Assembly: GCA_964446135.1 (NCBI GenBank) | Contig: CAYUQA010000085.1 | Location: forward strand, 1 to 30,348 | Reading direction: 5' to 3' | DNA: 30,348 bases | Origin: an uncultured Candidatus Saccharibacteria bacterium | GTDB lineage: Bacteria > Patescibacteriota > Minisyncoccia > 2-02-FULL-40-12 > IGHO2-01-FULL-4-A | Shown: one piece after another, positions 6,274-14,089 of the stretch | How positions within the stretch are numbered: position 1 is the stretch's first letter | How the letters are laid out: the number at the start of each line of letters is the position of its first letter | Notes under the pieces: generated by a model | Told to the model about the DNA's origin: nothing | The model's database searches: none | Seen by the model: only the letters and a program-made list of their open reading frames with translations | Position numbers and translations under genes: made by a program

Positions 6274-7290
6274 TTACCAAGAATTAATTTGGAAACTACC
6301 ATTGTTTATCTGCTGGGTTTGTATTCTGGTGCCACCAGGACCATAGCAGTCATAACCACCGTTAAGTGGGTGACAGATTGTTGAAGAATAGCTTCCGGAT
6401 TGATCAATATAGCCAGTATACGGTGATACGGGAAGCTTAACACCCATATCTTTGAGTTTTTGTATGGCATTGTATTCCAGCTGACTTGCCGTCCAATATC
6501 CTCCTGCTGCCTGGTATTCCTTAAGGAGTTGCTCCTTAACTTCGGCTAATTTATCGTTGTATTGTTTCCACTCGGTCTCAAATCGAGCTATTGCTGGATC
6601 TTTCTGATATTGAGCAGGTTTGTTTACGGCAGAGTTGGCAGATTGCATCTGCAACATCATTTCCCGCAAAAATTGATTAGCTTGATCCATTTGCTGACCA
6701 TAATTTTTAATCTGTTTTAATGATTGCTGTGTAGAAGCTTCAAAAGCATCTACTTGTTGGTTATATAATCCGATTGTTCTTATCTCTAGATTCTCATATT
6801 CTGCTATAACATCAGTTCTAGGATTTTCACCCTTTTTCAATCTATCAATTTCCTTATCTACCAAATCTAAAAGAGTATATTGATATCCAAGCGCAGTGGT
6901 GTTTGCATCTCTTAAGCCAGGAGCAGTGTTATTGGTTATTATTAAATTATTTTTGGTGATTTGATTTCTTAAAGCCTCAAGTCGTTGGATAACTGTTTTA
7001 TCCATTATTGGAATTGTTGTCTTTACGGTTCTCTGAACTTTTTTGACAGCAGCTCCTTTGTTCGTGTTTTTTACTTCCGAGGGTTTCGTAACATATTTTT
7101 TCTCAGATTCCTCTTTCATCATTCGTTGAAGTCCACTGGACTTATCAATTAAAGAGTCTTGTTGGACAGCTTCTTGCTTAAAAAGTTGCCAATTATCGAA
7201 CCAAGTAAAAGGATTCCACCAAGCTGCAAAAGTAACTTGCGGATAGAGTATAATTCCCAAAATCAAGCTAAATAGTATACCTTTCTTCAT
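6274..7290 (-). CDS. Secreted coiled-coil hypothetical protein (338 aa from MKKGILF) with AAWWNPFTW motif
   Basis: Signal peptide MKKGILFSLILGIILYPQVTFA; C-terminal Cys pair; start chosen at 7290 because the promoter lies at 7298-7326. Confidence 0.8.
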   Translation of the reverse strand: MKKGILFSLILGIILYPQVTFAAWWNPFTWFDNWQLFKQEAVQQDSLIDKSSGLQRMMKEESEKKYVTKPSEVKNTNKGAAVKKVQRTVKTTIPIMDKTVIQRLEALRNQITKNNLIITNNTAPGLRDANTTALGYQYTLLDLVDKEIDRLKKGENPRTDVIAEYENLEIRTIGLYNQQVDAFEASTQQSLKQIKNYGQQMDQANQFLREMMLQMQSANSAVNKPAQYQKDPAIARFETEWKQYNDKLAEVKEQLLKEYQAAGGYWTASQLEYNAIQKLKDMGVKLPVSPYTGYIDQSGSYSSTICHPLNGGYDCYGPGGTRIQTQQINNGSFQINSW

Positions 7291-7297
7291 AAAATAT

Positions 7298-7326
7298 ATT
7301 ATAACATAAAATTCTTTAGATTGCAA
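7298..7326 (-). promoter_or_regulatory. sigma70 promoter giving a leaderless mRNA for 6274-7290
   Basis: TTGCAA (7326-7321), 17 bp, TG-n-TATAAT (7303-7298); ATG lies 7 nt after the -10 box. Confidence 0.7.
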
Positions 7327-7547
7327 TTAGGGTACTTGAATCCGCTCTTCTGCGACTTTATCTCGGATTCTAATATCAGAGGGTATTATATCGCCAAGAA
7401 TAATCGCTATTTTCAAGCACTTTTCCAAAATCTCTCCATTTGTTAAGCTCTAATAATAGGTGATTCCAATTCTGTCCTATTAGGCGGACATTCTAAACAA
7501 TAAAGTCGAATTTATTTGGCTTTATTGTTTAGATATATTTTGTATCT

Positions 7548-7652
7548 TGTTGGATTCGAACGCCGGAGCGACTGTTTCGTCAGCAGACGAAACCGCGAGG
7601 CGCGGCCTGGAGACCTAGTTCCGACGGCTGGTCGGGACTAGAGTCGAAATGG
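7548..7652. repeat. tRNA T-arm mirror plus GC-rich hairpin cassette at the island right end
   Basis: 7548-7561 (TGTTGGATTCGAAC) is the exact reverse complement of tRNA-Lys 3695-3708; hairpins GTTTCGTC-AGCA-GACGAAAC (7574-7593), CCGCG-AGG-CGCGG (7593-7605), CTAGTTCCGAC-GGCTG-GTCGGGACTAG (7615-7641). Confidence 0.8.
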
Positions 7653-7671
7653 CGAATCCAACAGGGCGGAC
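7653..7671 (+). repeat. attR-like 19-bp direct repeat of tRNA-Lys 3' end
   Basis: Exact match to 3698-3716; followed by AAAC rather than CA. Confidence 0.93.
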
Positions 7672-7696
7672 AAACTATCTTTCACAAGGAGACGGT

Positions 7697-8242
7697 ATGG
7701 ACTGGACAAAATTAGAATATGAGTCACGAGATATTTTAGAAGAAACAGTAATCAGAATACAAGAGGCGATTCTTGAGGTATTTAACATGAAGGGCGACAA
7801 CCGTTGCTGGCTGGCATACTTTATTATCTACGAAGCCGCTGATATCGCTACGTTGTCATCCTCGGCCAGATTTCCAAAAGAAGATTTTGGTGATCGCTGT
7901 GATCATTTTATTGAGCACAGTCCTAACCCAGATCAAATGGTCTTATGGGAAAATGCCGAGCCATATCACACATACGATGTTTCAAAAATGAATGATGCAA
8001 AACTTCGTGCATACATCAGAAGATGCCGCAAAGTAATCGGCGTCCATTACCGTAAATTCTTAACTGGTAAATACGATTACAAAGATGACCAAAAAATTAT
8101 CGCACTTCTGCCCCAAAAAATTATCTTCGACACTAGACTACCTGATAGAGAAAAAATGAGACCAAACTGTGATCGATTTTACGAGTGCAAAGAAGCACAA
8201 CTCGATAAAAACGGCTTCACCGACTGGCACCGTTGGGAATAG
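7697..8242 (+). CDS. Hypothetical protein (181 aa from MDWTKL)
   Basis: AAGGAG Shine-Dalgarno at 7686-7691 before ATG 7697; terminator follows; no recognisable family. Confidence 0.7.
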   Translation: MDWTKLEYESRDILEETVIRIQEAILEVFNMKGDNRCWLAYFIIYEAADIATLSSSARFPKEDFGDRCDHFIEHSPNPDQMVLWENAEPYHTYDVSKMNDAKLRAYIRRCRKVIGVHYRKFLTGKYDYKDDQKIIALLPQKIIFDTRLPDREKMRPNCDRFYECKEAQLDKNGFTDWHRWE

Positions 8243-8257
8243 ATTTTAAAAAAAAGT

Positions 8258-8287
8258 AATGCCGATACATAGGTGAGTATCGGCATT
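8258..8287. terminator. Bidirectional terminator between convergent genes
   Basis: AATGCCGATAC-ATAGGTGA-GTATCGGCATT 11-bp stem with A tract before and T tract after. Confidence 0.8.
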
Positions 8288-8301
8288 TTAAAATAAACTT
8301 T

Positions 8302-9021
8302 TTACTGAATTTTACGTTTAAGCCAATCAACGACTGGTAGAAAACTTGTGGTTTTAGTAACTGTCTCAAAATGGCCAGAATTAAAAAGATCCACGCATTC
8401 ATTATCAGTCTCGGCGACACCACAACGATTATCCTCGTATGGACTTAAATATCGGTCAACGAGAGAATCGCCCAAAGCAAAGATTCTGTTATCGGCAACG
8501 CCGTGTTTCTGGGCAAACAACTCGGAAAAGAACCATTTGTTATGTCCGACCACTAGCGTTTCTTCTTTATAGCCACAGGCTCTGCCAGATTCATCAAACA
8601 GCAGATCAGCGGCATAAATTTCATCAACGAGACCCAGTGCATTATTGCCTTCAAGCACCGCCTCAATAAATTGTTTGATACCAAAAGAAACGATAGCAAT
8701 CTTTATATGATTTTGTTCACAAAAGATAGAAAGATCCTTAAAATTATCTCGCATAGGTAGCTTACCGAGTACTTCACGAACAGCTTCTCTAGATAATCCG
8801 GCTCGAATATATAGTTCGAGTGACTGTCTCATCCACGATAATTCATCTTCGATACCACACGTACCAGTAGTAATTTTTTCCTGATAAAATACTCGCAAAG
8901 CATCTAGCTCTTTCCCATGCGTATTTTTAAGAATACCTTCATCGATATTTTGACACAACGCTTTTTTAGATCTCAGCAAACAGGTCCCGTCGAAATCGAC
9001 AGCTAGAACATATTGAACCAC
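8302..9021 (-). CDS. HAD-superfamily hydrolase/phosphatase (239 aa)
   Basis: Motif I VDFDGT, motif II VSFG, motif IV LGDSLVD; GTG start with GAGGTG Shine-Dalgarno. Confidence 0.85.
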   Translation of the reverse strand: MVQYVLAVDFDGTCLLRSKKALCQNIDEGILKNTHGKELDALRVFYQEKITTGTCGIEDELSWMRQSLELYIRAGLSREAVREVLGKLPMRDNFKDLSIFCEQNHIKIAIVSFGIKQFIEAVLEGNNALGLVDEIYAADLLFDESGRACGYKEETLVVGHNKWFFSELFAQKHGVADNRIFALGDSLVDRYLSPYEDNRCGVAETDNECVDLFNSGHFETVTKTTSFLPVVDWLKRKIQ

Positions 9022-9086
9022 TCTATCTCACCTCTATTGTTAAGTTTCTATTGAGACTAGATTGTAGCGTGGATTGAGGATATCGT

Positions 9087-10244
9087 CTACTTTAATATTT
9101 TTACGAGCGCCGAGACAAGAGTATCAATCTCTTTTTTTGTCGTTGGACGGCCAAGACTAATGCGAACAACGCCGTCTTGATAATGTCTAGATAGATTCAG
9201 CGCTTTGACGACATGAGATGGACCGGTTTCGTGCGATGAACAAGCGGCGCCACTGGCGACAAAAATATTTTTAGCGCTCAATGCTTGCACGATCATCTCA
9301 CCCGAAATATTCGAAAATGCCACGCTGATAATATGAGGCACCGTTTGAACTTTTTCAGCGATCACTAACGCATCGGGGGCGACTTTTTTAATTTTTTGGA
9401 TACAATATTTTTTTAGTTCAGCCAAACGCTCCGATTCTCGGATCCGCTTTTTTTCACTAATCTCGAGTGCCTTTGCAAAACCGGCAATTGCCGAAATATT
9501 TTCGGTTCCAGATCGTAATCCGCGCTCCTGTCCGCCGCCAACAATCAAGGGCGAAAGATACTGTGGAAAATGCGACCAAAGCAAAGCAATCCCTTTAGGC
9601 CCATAGCATTTGGCCGCATTGAGTGTCATCGCATCCAAACCATACTCATGTGGCATAATCGACAGGAAGCCGGTAGCCTGACATGCGTCGCTATGCAAAA
9701 GAGGGAATAGCGCCTTGTTTTTTTTACGAAAATCCAAAATTATTTTGCTGATCTCTTTAAGTGGTTGGATGGTGCCGATTTCATTTTGAACCAACATACA
9801 AGAAACGAACACCGTCTTGCGCGTTAGTAATTTTTTGAGTGCCGTCGGGTTAACAGAACCGTCTCTATTGATGGGTGCATAGAGGACCTTAAATCCTTCT
9901 TTTTTTAAAATATCACAAGCACGATGTATAGAGGCATGCTCGACGGCACTCACTATAATATGGTTACCCTGTTTTTTAAGCGATCGGGCGATGCCAAGAA
10001 GCGCGAGATTGTTTGACTCGGTACCCGAAGCTGTAAAGATGATTTCGGGGGATTTTACGTTTAGAATCTTAGCGATACGAGATCGCGCATCCTGAACAGC
10101 GCAAGCTGAATCCGAACCAGCGCGATGTACTGATGAGGGGTTGGCATAGAAATCTTTACTGGCTTTTTCTGTAGCACGCGAAACAACCGGATCAACTGGC
10201 GTAGCAGCAGCGTAGTCGAGATAGATAGATTTTTTCTTTGGCAT
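9087..10244 (-). CDS. iscS: Cysteine desulfurase, IscS/NifS family (385 aa)
   Basis: YLDYAAATP, NPSSVH, FTASGTESNN, HSDACQA, PLP lysine in AAKCYGPKG, RSGTEN, catalytic Cys in SGAACSS. Confidence 0.9.
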   Translation of the reverse strand: MPKKKSIYLDYAAATPVDPVVSRATEKASKDFYANPSSVHRAGSDSACAVQDARSRIAKILNVKSPEIIFTASGTESNNLALLGIARSLKKQGNHIIVSAVEHASIHRACDILKKEGFKVLYAPINRDGSVNPTALKKLLTRKTVFVSCMLVQNEIGTIQPLKEISKIILDFRKKNKALFPLLHSDACQATGFLSIMPHEYGLDAMTLNAAKCYGPKGIALLWSHFPQYLSPLIVGGGQERGLRSGTENISAIAGFAKALEISEKKRIRESERLAELKKYCIQKIKKVAPDALVIAEKVQTVPHIISVAFSNISGEMIVQALSAKNIFVASGAACSSHETGPSHVVKALNLSRHYQDGVVRISLGRPTTKKEIDTLVSALVKILK

Positions 10245-10278
10245 AATAAAAAGTCCGACGATTATCGGACTTTTTATT
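10245..10278. terminator. Intrinsic terminator after dsbA-like gene, abutting the iscS start codon
   Basis: AATAAAAAGTCCGA-CGATTA-TCGGACTTTTTATT, 14-bp perfect stem. Confidence 0.75.
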
Positions 10279-10304
10279 CTACAATCAGTTCAAAATATAG
10301 TCAA
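10276..10304 (-). promoter_or_regulatory. iscS promoter overlapping the terminator
   Basis: TTGACT (10304-10299), 17 bp, TAGAAT (10281-10276). Confidence 0.6.
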
Positions 10305-10305
10305 T

Positions 10306-11025
10306 CTATTTTAGGGCGGCGTCTATGGTAGCTTTAAAACTAGCAAATGGCTGAGCACCTACCAGTTGAGTCCCATTGATAAAGAATGAAGGTGTACCAC
10401 TGACGTTTATAGAGCTGGCATAAGCTAAATCATTATCAATATGGCTAGTATATTTACCGGATTCAAAACATTGGTTGAATTGCGAGGCATTGAGCTTGAT
10501 ATTCGCCGCCCATCGTTTTAAGTCACTGGTCGTATATTGAACGGTCCCAGTTCCTTTTTTAGCCTGTTCTTGAAATATTTTATCGTGCATCTCCCAGAAC
10601 TTACCCTGTTCAGCGGCACATTCTACAGCTATCGCCGATGGTTTAGCTAGCGGGTGAAAATCTAAAGGAAAGTGTCTAAATACAAGTCGTGCTTTGCCGG
10701 TATCAATATATTCGGTTTTGACCTGGGCAAAAGCGCCTTCAAAGAAACTTCGGCAAAATGGACACTGAAAATCACTAAACTCAACAATCGTAACTTTGGC
10801 ATCTTTATTGCCAAGAATATGATCCTGATCTGTGATCTCAATCTTCACTGGTTTGGGTGGTGTATTATCTGCAATTTTAGCTAAACCACCAGCCCCGCCA
10901 CGTGTCATGAGTAGAGTTCCTGCAATAATAACCGCGGCGATCAAGATAGCGCCAGGTAGAATAAAAGGCTGAAAACCACGGGGGCTTGCGCTAGATGCTG
11001 GAGAAGTTTGTTGTATATCTTCCAT
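10306..11025 (-). CDS. Membrane-anchored DsbA-family thiol:disulfide oxidoreductase
   Basis: FSDFQCPFC active site, RHFPL, GTP cis-Pro loop, N-terminal TM helix; start MEDIQ (11025) preferred over 11094. Confidence 0.9.
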   Translation of the reverse strand: MEDIQQTSPASSASPRGFQPFILPGAILIAAVIIAGTLLMTRGGAGGLAKIADNTPPKPVKIEITDQDHILGNKDAKVTIVEFSDFQCPFCRSFFEGAFAQVKTEYIDTGKARLVFRHFPLDFHPLAKPSAIAVECAAEQGKFWEMHDKIFQEQAKKGTGTVQYTTSDLKRWAANIKLNASQFNQCFESGKYTSHIDNDLAYASSINVSGTPSFFINGTQLVGAQPFASFKATIDAALK

Positions 11026-11115
11026 AAAAATTACGATGTTGCTGATAGTTAAAAAAATATCAGAAGCATACGGATTACGTTTGGATACTAGCATATATCG
11101 ACAAGAATATACCTA

Positions 11116-11144
11116 TTGACAAGTAGTTAAATATATATTATAAT
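11116..11144 (+). promoter_or_regulatory. Perfect consensus sigma70 promoter with no downstream + strand gene
   Basis: TTGACA (11116-11121), 17 bp, TATAAT (11139-11144). Confidence 0.75.
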
Positions 11145-11150
11145 TATATA

Positions 11151-11351
11151 CATCGTGGTACTGCAACTTTCGTGACTCTCTGATGCACAATGCTCCACCT
11201 CTTTTAAGAAGTGGAGCGGTTTGATAGGCATACTATACAGCTTTTATGCTGTATAGTCTATCATTTATCAAAGGGGAAAATATCCGGTTTCCGGATATAA
11301 CCGAAGATGTGGTCCTCATAAAAAAGCCGAGCGTAAATGCCCGGCTTTTTT
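11151..11351 (+). ncRNA. Candidate ~200-nt structured small RNA
   Basis: Lies between the perfect promoter and the terminator at 11315-11356; hairpins 11192-11217, 11222-11263, 11280-11298; possible closing ACATC/GATGT. Confidence 0.5.
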
Positions 11352-11356
11352 ATGAG
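11315..11356. terminator. Bidirectional terminator at the tig stop
   Basis: CTCATAAAAAAGCCG ... CGGCTTTTTTATGAG, 15-bp perfect stem. Confidence 0.85.
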
Positions 11357-12657
11357 ACAATCTCCTCGACCGCTCTTGCGCCCTGTTCTAGAAGTGAGAA
11401 CACCTTGTCTGTGGTTAGTGTCTCTCTTATCTGACTTTTCATTCTCTCTATGGTCTCCGGTTTTAACTGCTCGGGATTCTGGCCAAGGCGGACCATTGAA
11501 TACTGCAACAGAGCCTGAAGCTCTACGTCGACCTCATCTTCAGAGACCGAGATATTCTCCGCGCGAGCAATCGCTCGCAACACTAGATTTGCTTTTACTT
11601 GTGATTCGGCCTGCTTGCACCATTCTTTTCTAAGCTCCTCTTCTGTTTTTTTAATATGCACCAGATATAAAGCCAGTTCGAGACCATTTCGATGAAGCTC
11701 TTCATCGAAAGAGGCGATCATTGAATCCAGTCGCTCGTTGATAAGCGTCTCCGGGATATCGGCTTCACTTTTTTGGGCGACTTGCTCCATTAGGTTTAGT
11801 CTTATTTTTTCTTTTGCCTTATCATTTTTTTCTTTAAATAAACCGTCACGAATACTTGCCCTTAAATCATCGGCTGTCTGAAAAGAGCCAAGAGAAGCGA
11901 CAAAAGAATCGTTGAGTTCGGGAGTCTCACGATCCTCTATTTTTTTTACTGTAACTTCGGCATGTAGCGTCTTGCCAGCGATAGTTTGTTGGTAATAATC
12001 AGCTGGTATTTCAAGATTGAATTCTTTAAACTCGCTCTTCTTCATGCCGACAATATGATCCTCAAAGCCAACAACAAATTTGTTGTCACCTATAGTTATG
12101 GGGTGATTTTCACTTTTGCCGCCGTCAATAACGGCATCGCCTTCTTTAATAATAAAATCGACTTCAACACGATCACCATTCTGGGCTGGGCGGTCAACTT
12201 CATTAAAAACTGTGCGTGATTTTGTAATATCTTGGACCACCTTATCTACCTCTTCGTCGCTGACAGATATAGTCTCTGGTTTAAATTTAAGATCAACATA
12301 ACTTCCGAGTTTTATATTAGGGAACAGAGATAGTAAGACTTCGAATTTTAAAAGGTCTTTGGAATTTTCAAGAACCTTTAGATCACTATAGGAGATAAAA
12401 TCCAACTTTTCTTTTTTGACTACGTTCGAAAGACTATTCTCAATTGCCATATTGAGGGCCTCTTGTCTGATATGGTCTTCGCCAACTTTTTTACGAAATA
12501 TATCCGGCGGCGTTTTGCCGGGACGAAATCCCTCTAGTGTGCTTTGCTTTATCATCGCCTGCTCGGTAGCCTCTATAAATCCGGCCAAATCGGAACTATC
12601 TAAATCAATAGTTAGTTTAACTCGACTGTCCTTTAGCTCTGTAACCTTATGTTCCAT
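11350..12657 (-). CDS. tig: Trigger factor (435 aa)
   Basis: Ribosome-binding GFRPGKTP signature, FKBP domain (GDRVEVDF, GFEDHIVGMK), C-terminal chaperone domain. Confidence 0.95.
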   Translation of the reverse strand: MEHKVTELKDSRVKLTIDLDSSDLAGFIEATEQAMIKQSTLEGFRPGKTPPDIFRKKVGEDHIRQEALNMAIENSLSNVVKKEKLDFISYSDLKVLENSKDLLKFEVLLSLFPNIKLGSYVDLKFKPETISVSDEEVDKVVQDITKSRTVFNEVDRPAQNGDRVEVDFIIKEGDAVIDGGKSENHPITIGDNKFVVGFEDHIVGMKKSEFKEFNLEIPADYYQQTIAGKTLHAEVTVKKIEDRETPELNDSFVASLGSFQTADDLRASIRDGLFKEKNDKAKEKIRLNLMEQVAQKSEADIPETLINERLDSMIASFDEELHRNGLELALYLVHIKKTEEELRKEWCKQAESQVKANLVLRAIARAENISVSEDEVDVELQALLQYSMVRLGQNPEQLKPETIERMKSQIRETLTTDKVFSLLEQGARAVEEIVS

Positions 12658-12658
12658 A

Positions 12659-13999
12659 TTATTCTTCTGTTTTTATATCTGGACTTTCTCCTTCTGATAT
12701 CGAGACAGGAGTCTCCAGATCAACTTCGCTTTCTTTTGCGGTCTTCGTTGATTCTGCACTTTCAGATTCAACTGAAGTCTCGCCTTCAGCTACCACCTCT
12801 GCTTCTGCGGATTTTATTTCGCCCTGAGGAGCGCGAACATCTATCTTCCAGCCAGTTAATTTGGCCGCCAGACGAACGTTCTGGCCGCTTTTTCCAATAG
12901 CAAGTGAGAATTGATCATCAGCAACTTCGACTAATGCGTGGTGGTGTGCTTCGTCTAAAATTTTGACATTTAAAATCTTCGCCGGAGAAAGTGCTTGCGC
13001 GATAAAACGTTCTGTGTCCTCACTCCATTCAACAATATCTATCTTCTCACCACTAAGCTCGTTAATAACAGTTTGGACACGAACACCTTTCTGGCCAACC
13101 AAAGAGCCGATGGGATCAACGCCGCTCTCATGGGAGAGTACGGCGATCTTTGAACGAGACCCGGCTTCGCGAGCAATCGTACGAATTTCTACAGTGCCAG
13201 CTTCAATCTCCGGCACCTCAAAGCGGAATAGTTGCAAAACCAAATCTGGATGAGAGCGACTTAGTAGAATAACTGGCCCCCTGTTTGTCTCATCAACTCG
13301 CAATATTAAAAAACGCAAACGTTGACCGATACGATAACGATCATTCGGTAATTGCTCTATGGGCAAGAGTAGTCCGGTAGTGCGTCCGATATCGACATAA
13401 ACCATGCGACCTTCGATGCGCTGAACCAAACCAGAGATAATCGATCCCTCCTTGTTTTTAAATTCAGCATACACGACTTCTCGTTCAACCTCTCTAAGAC
13501 GTTGTATCACCACCTGCTTTGCTGTTTGCGCGGCGATACGACCAAAATCTGTTTTGGTTTCAAGAGGAAAGGTAACTTCCTCACCGACATTAATATTAGC
13601 ATTTATGCCACGAGCATCATCTATTGTAATATATTTTTCGGGATTAAAACGCACTCGAGCATCTTCTGGGCTTTGTTCTTCTGATTCTAAAACCTGCCTA
13701 TCTGGACCTTGGCGATTAGATCTATCTTCATATTCTTCTTTTACGCCTGCATCTGGTACTGGACCAACGACATACCCCTCTTCGTCGAACCCCTCAACCA
13801 CAAATTTGACCTGCCATATAGTAAACTCGCCCGTAGTTCGATCAAGATTAGCTCGAATGACCTGGCCTTTCTCGCCATAGTCTTTTTTATAAGCAGCCGA
13901 AACAGCCGCTTCTATCGTCTCAACTATCTTATCTTCGGGAATCCCTTTTTCTTCGGCAATCTGCTGAATCGCTGAAATAAATTGTTTGGTATCAAGCAT
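12659..13999 (-). CDS. nusA: Transcription termination/antitermination factor NusA (446 aa)
   Basis: FGRIAAQTAKQV, S1 domain, IAREAGSRSKIAV, DPIGSLVGQKGVRVQ, AIGKSGQNVRLAAKLTGWKID. Confidence 0.97.
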   Translation of the reverse strand: MLDTKQFISAIQQIAEEKGIPEDKIVETIEAAVSAAYKKDYGEKGQVIRANLDRTTGEFTIWQVKFVVEGFDEEGYVVGPVPDAGVKEEYEDRSNRQGPDRQVLESEEQSPEDARVRFNPEKYITIDDARGINANINVGEEVTFPLETKTDFGRIAAQTAKQVVIQRLREVEREVVYAEFKNKEGSIISGLVQRIEGRMVYVDIGRTTGLLLPIEQLPNDRYRIGQRLRFLILRVDETNRGPVILLSRSHPDLVLQLFRFEVPEIEAGTVEIRTIAREAGSRSKIAVLSHESGVDPIGSLVGQKGVRVQTVINELSGEKIDIVEWSEDTERFIAQALSPAKILNVKILDEAHHHALVEVADDQFSLAIGKSGQNVRLAAKLTGWKIDVRAPQGEIKSAEAEVVAEGETSVESESAESTKTAKESEVDLETPVSISEGESPDIKTEE

Positions 14000-14025
14000 A
14001 GTATATAAACATTATGACCCCTGTT

Positions 14026-14052
14026 AAAAAGGAAATCCGCACCTCGGCGGAC
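14026..14052 (-). terminator. Weak terminator-like hairpin in the nusA 5' leader
   Basis: On -: GTCCGC-CGAGGT-GCGGAT followed by interrupted tract TTCCTTTTT, 26 nt before nusA ATG. Confidence 0.5.
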
Positions 14053-14089
14053 ATACTCTTTCATAAGTCACTCTGTTCTGTATGTATCC

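Larger units (their letters stand above)
3698..7671. mobile_element. ~4 kb integrative island in tRNA-Lys(CTT) carrying a large serine recombinase
   Basis: 19-bp terminal direct repeats of the tRNA 3' end, recombinase at the tRNA-proximal end, all five ORFs on the minus strand, visibly AT-richer than flanks. Confidence 0.85.

Noticed and set aside
7291-7326. Upstream start at 7326 for the secreted cargo protein
   Set aside because: These 36 nt are the promoter itself; the signal peptide begins at MKKG (7290).
7330-7500. Short open frames on the minus strand upstream of the cargo gene
   Set aside because: No good start codon or SD, under 45 codons, no recognisable motif; possibly decayed sequence.
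11026-11094. Upstream start at 11094 for the DsbA-like gene
   Set aside because: Extension is atypical; MEDIQ at 11025 gives a normal short N-tail before the TM helix. Start remains uncertain.
11270-11350. Superficial likeness to RNase P RNA P4 elements (GGAAA.., CCCGGCTT)
   Set aside because: GAGGAAAGTCC is not matched, spacing is far too short, and CCGGCTT is explained by the terminator stem.
11246-11633. 62-aa and 98-aa plus-strand ORFs
   Set aside because: They cross a strong terminator and overlap tig antisense; no start signals.
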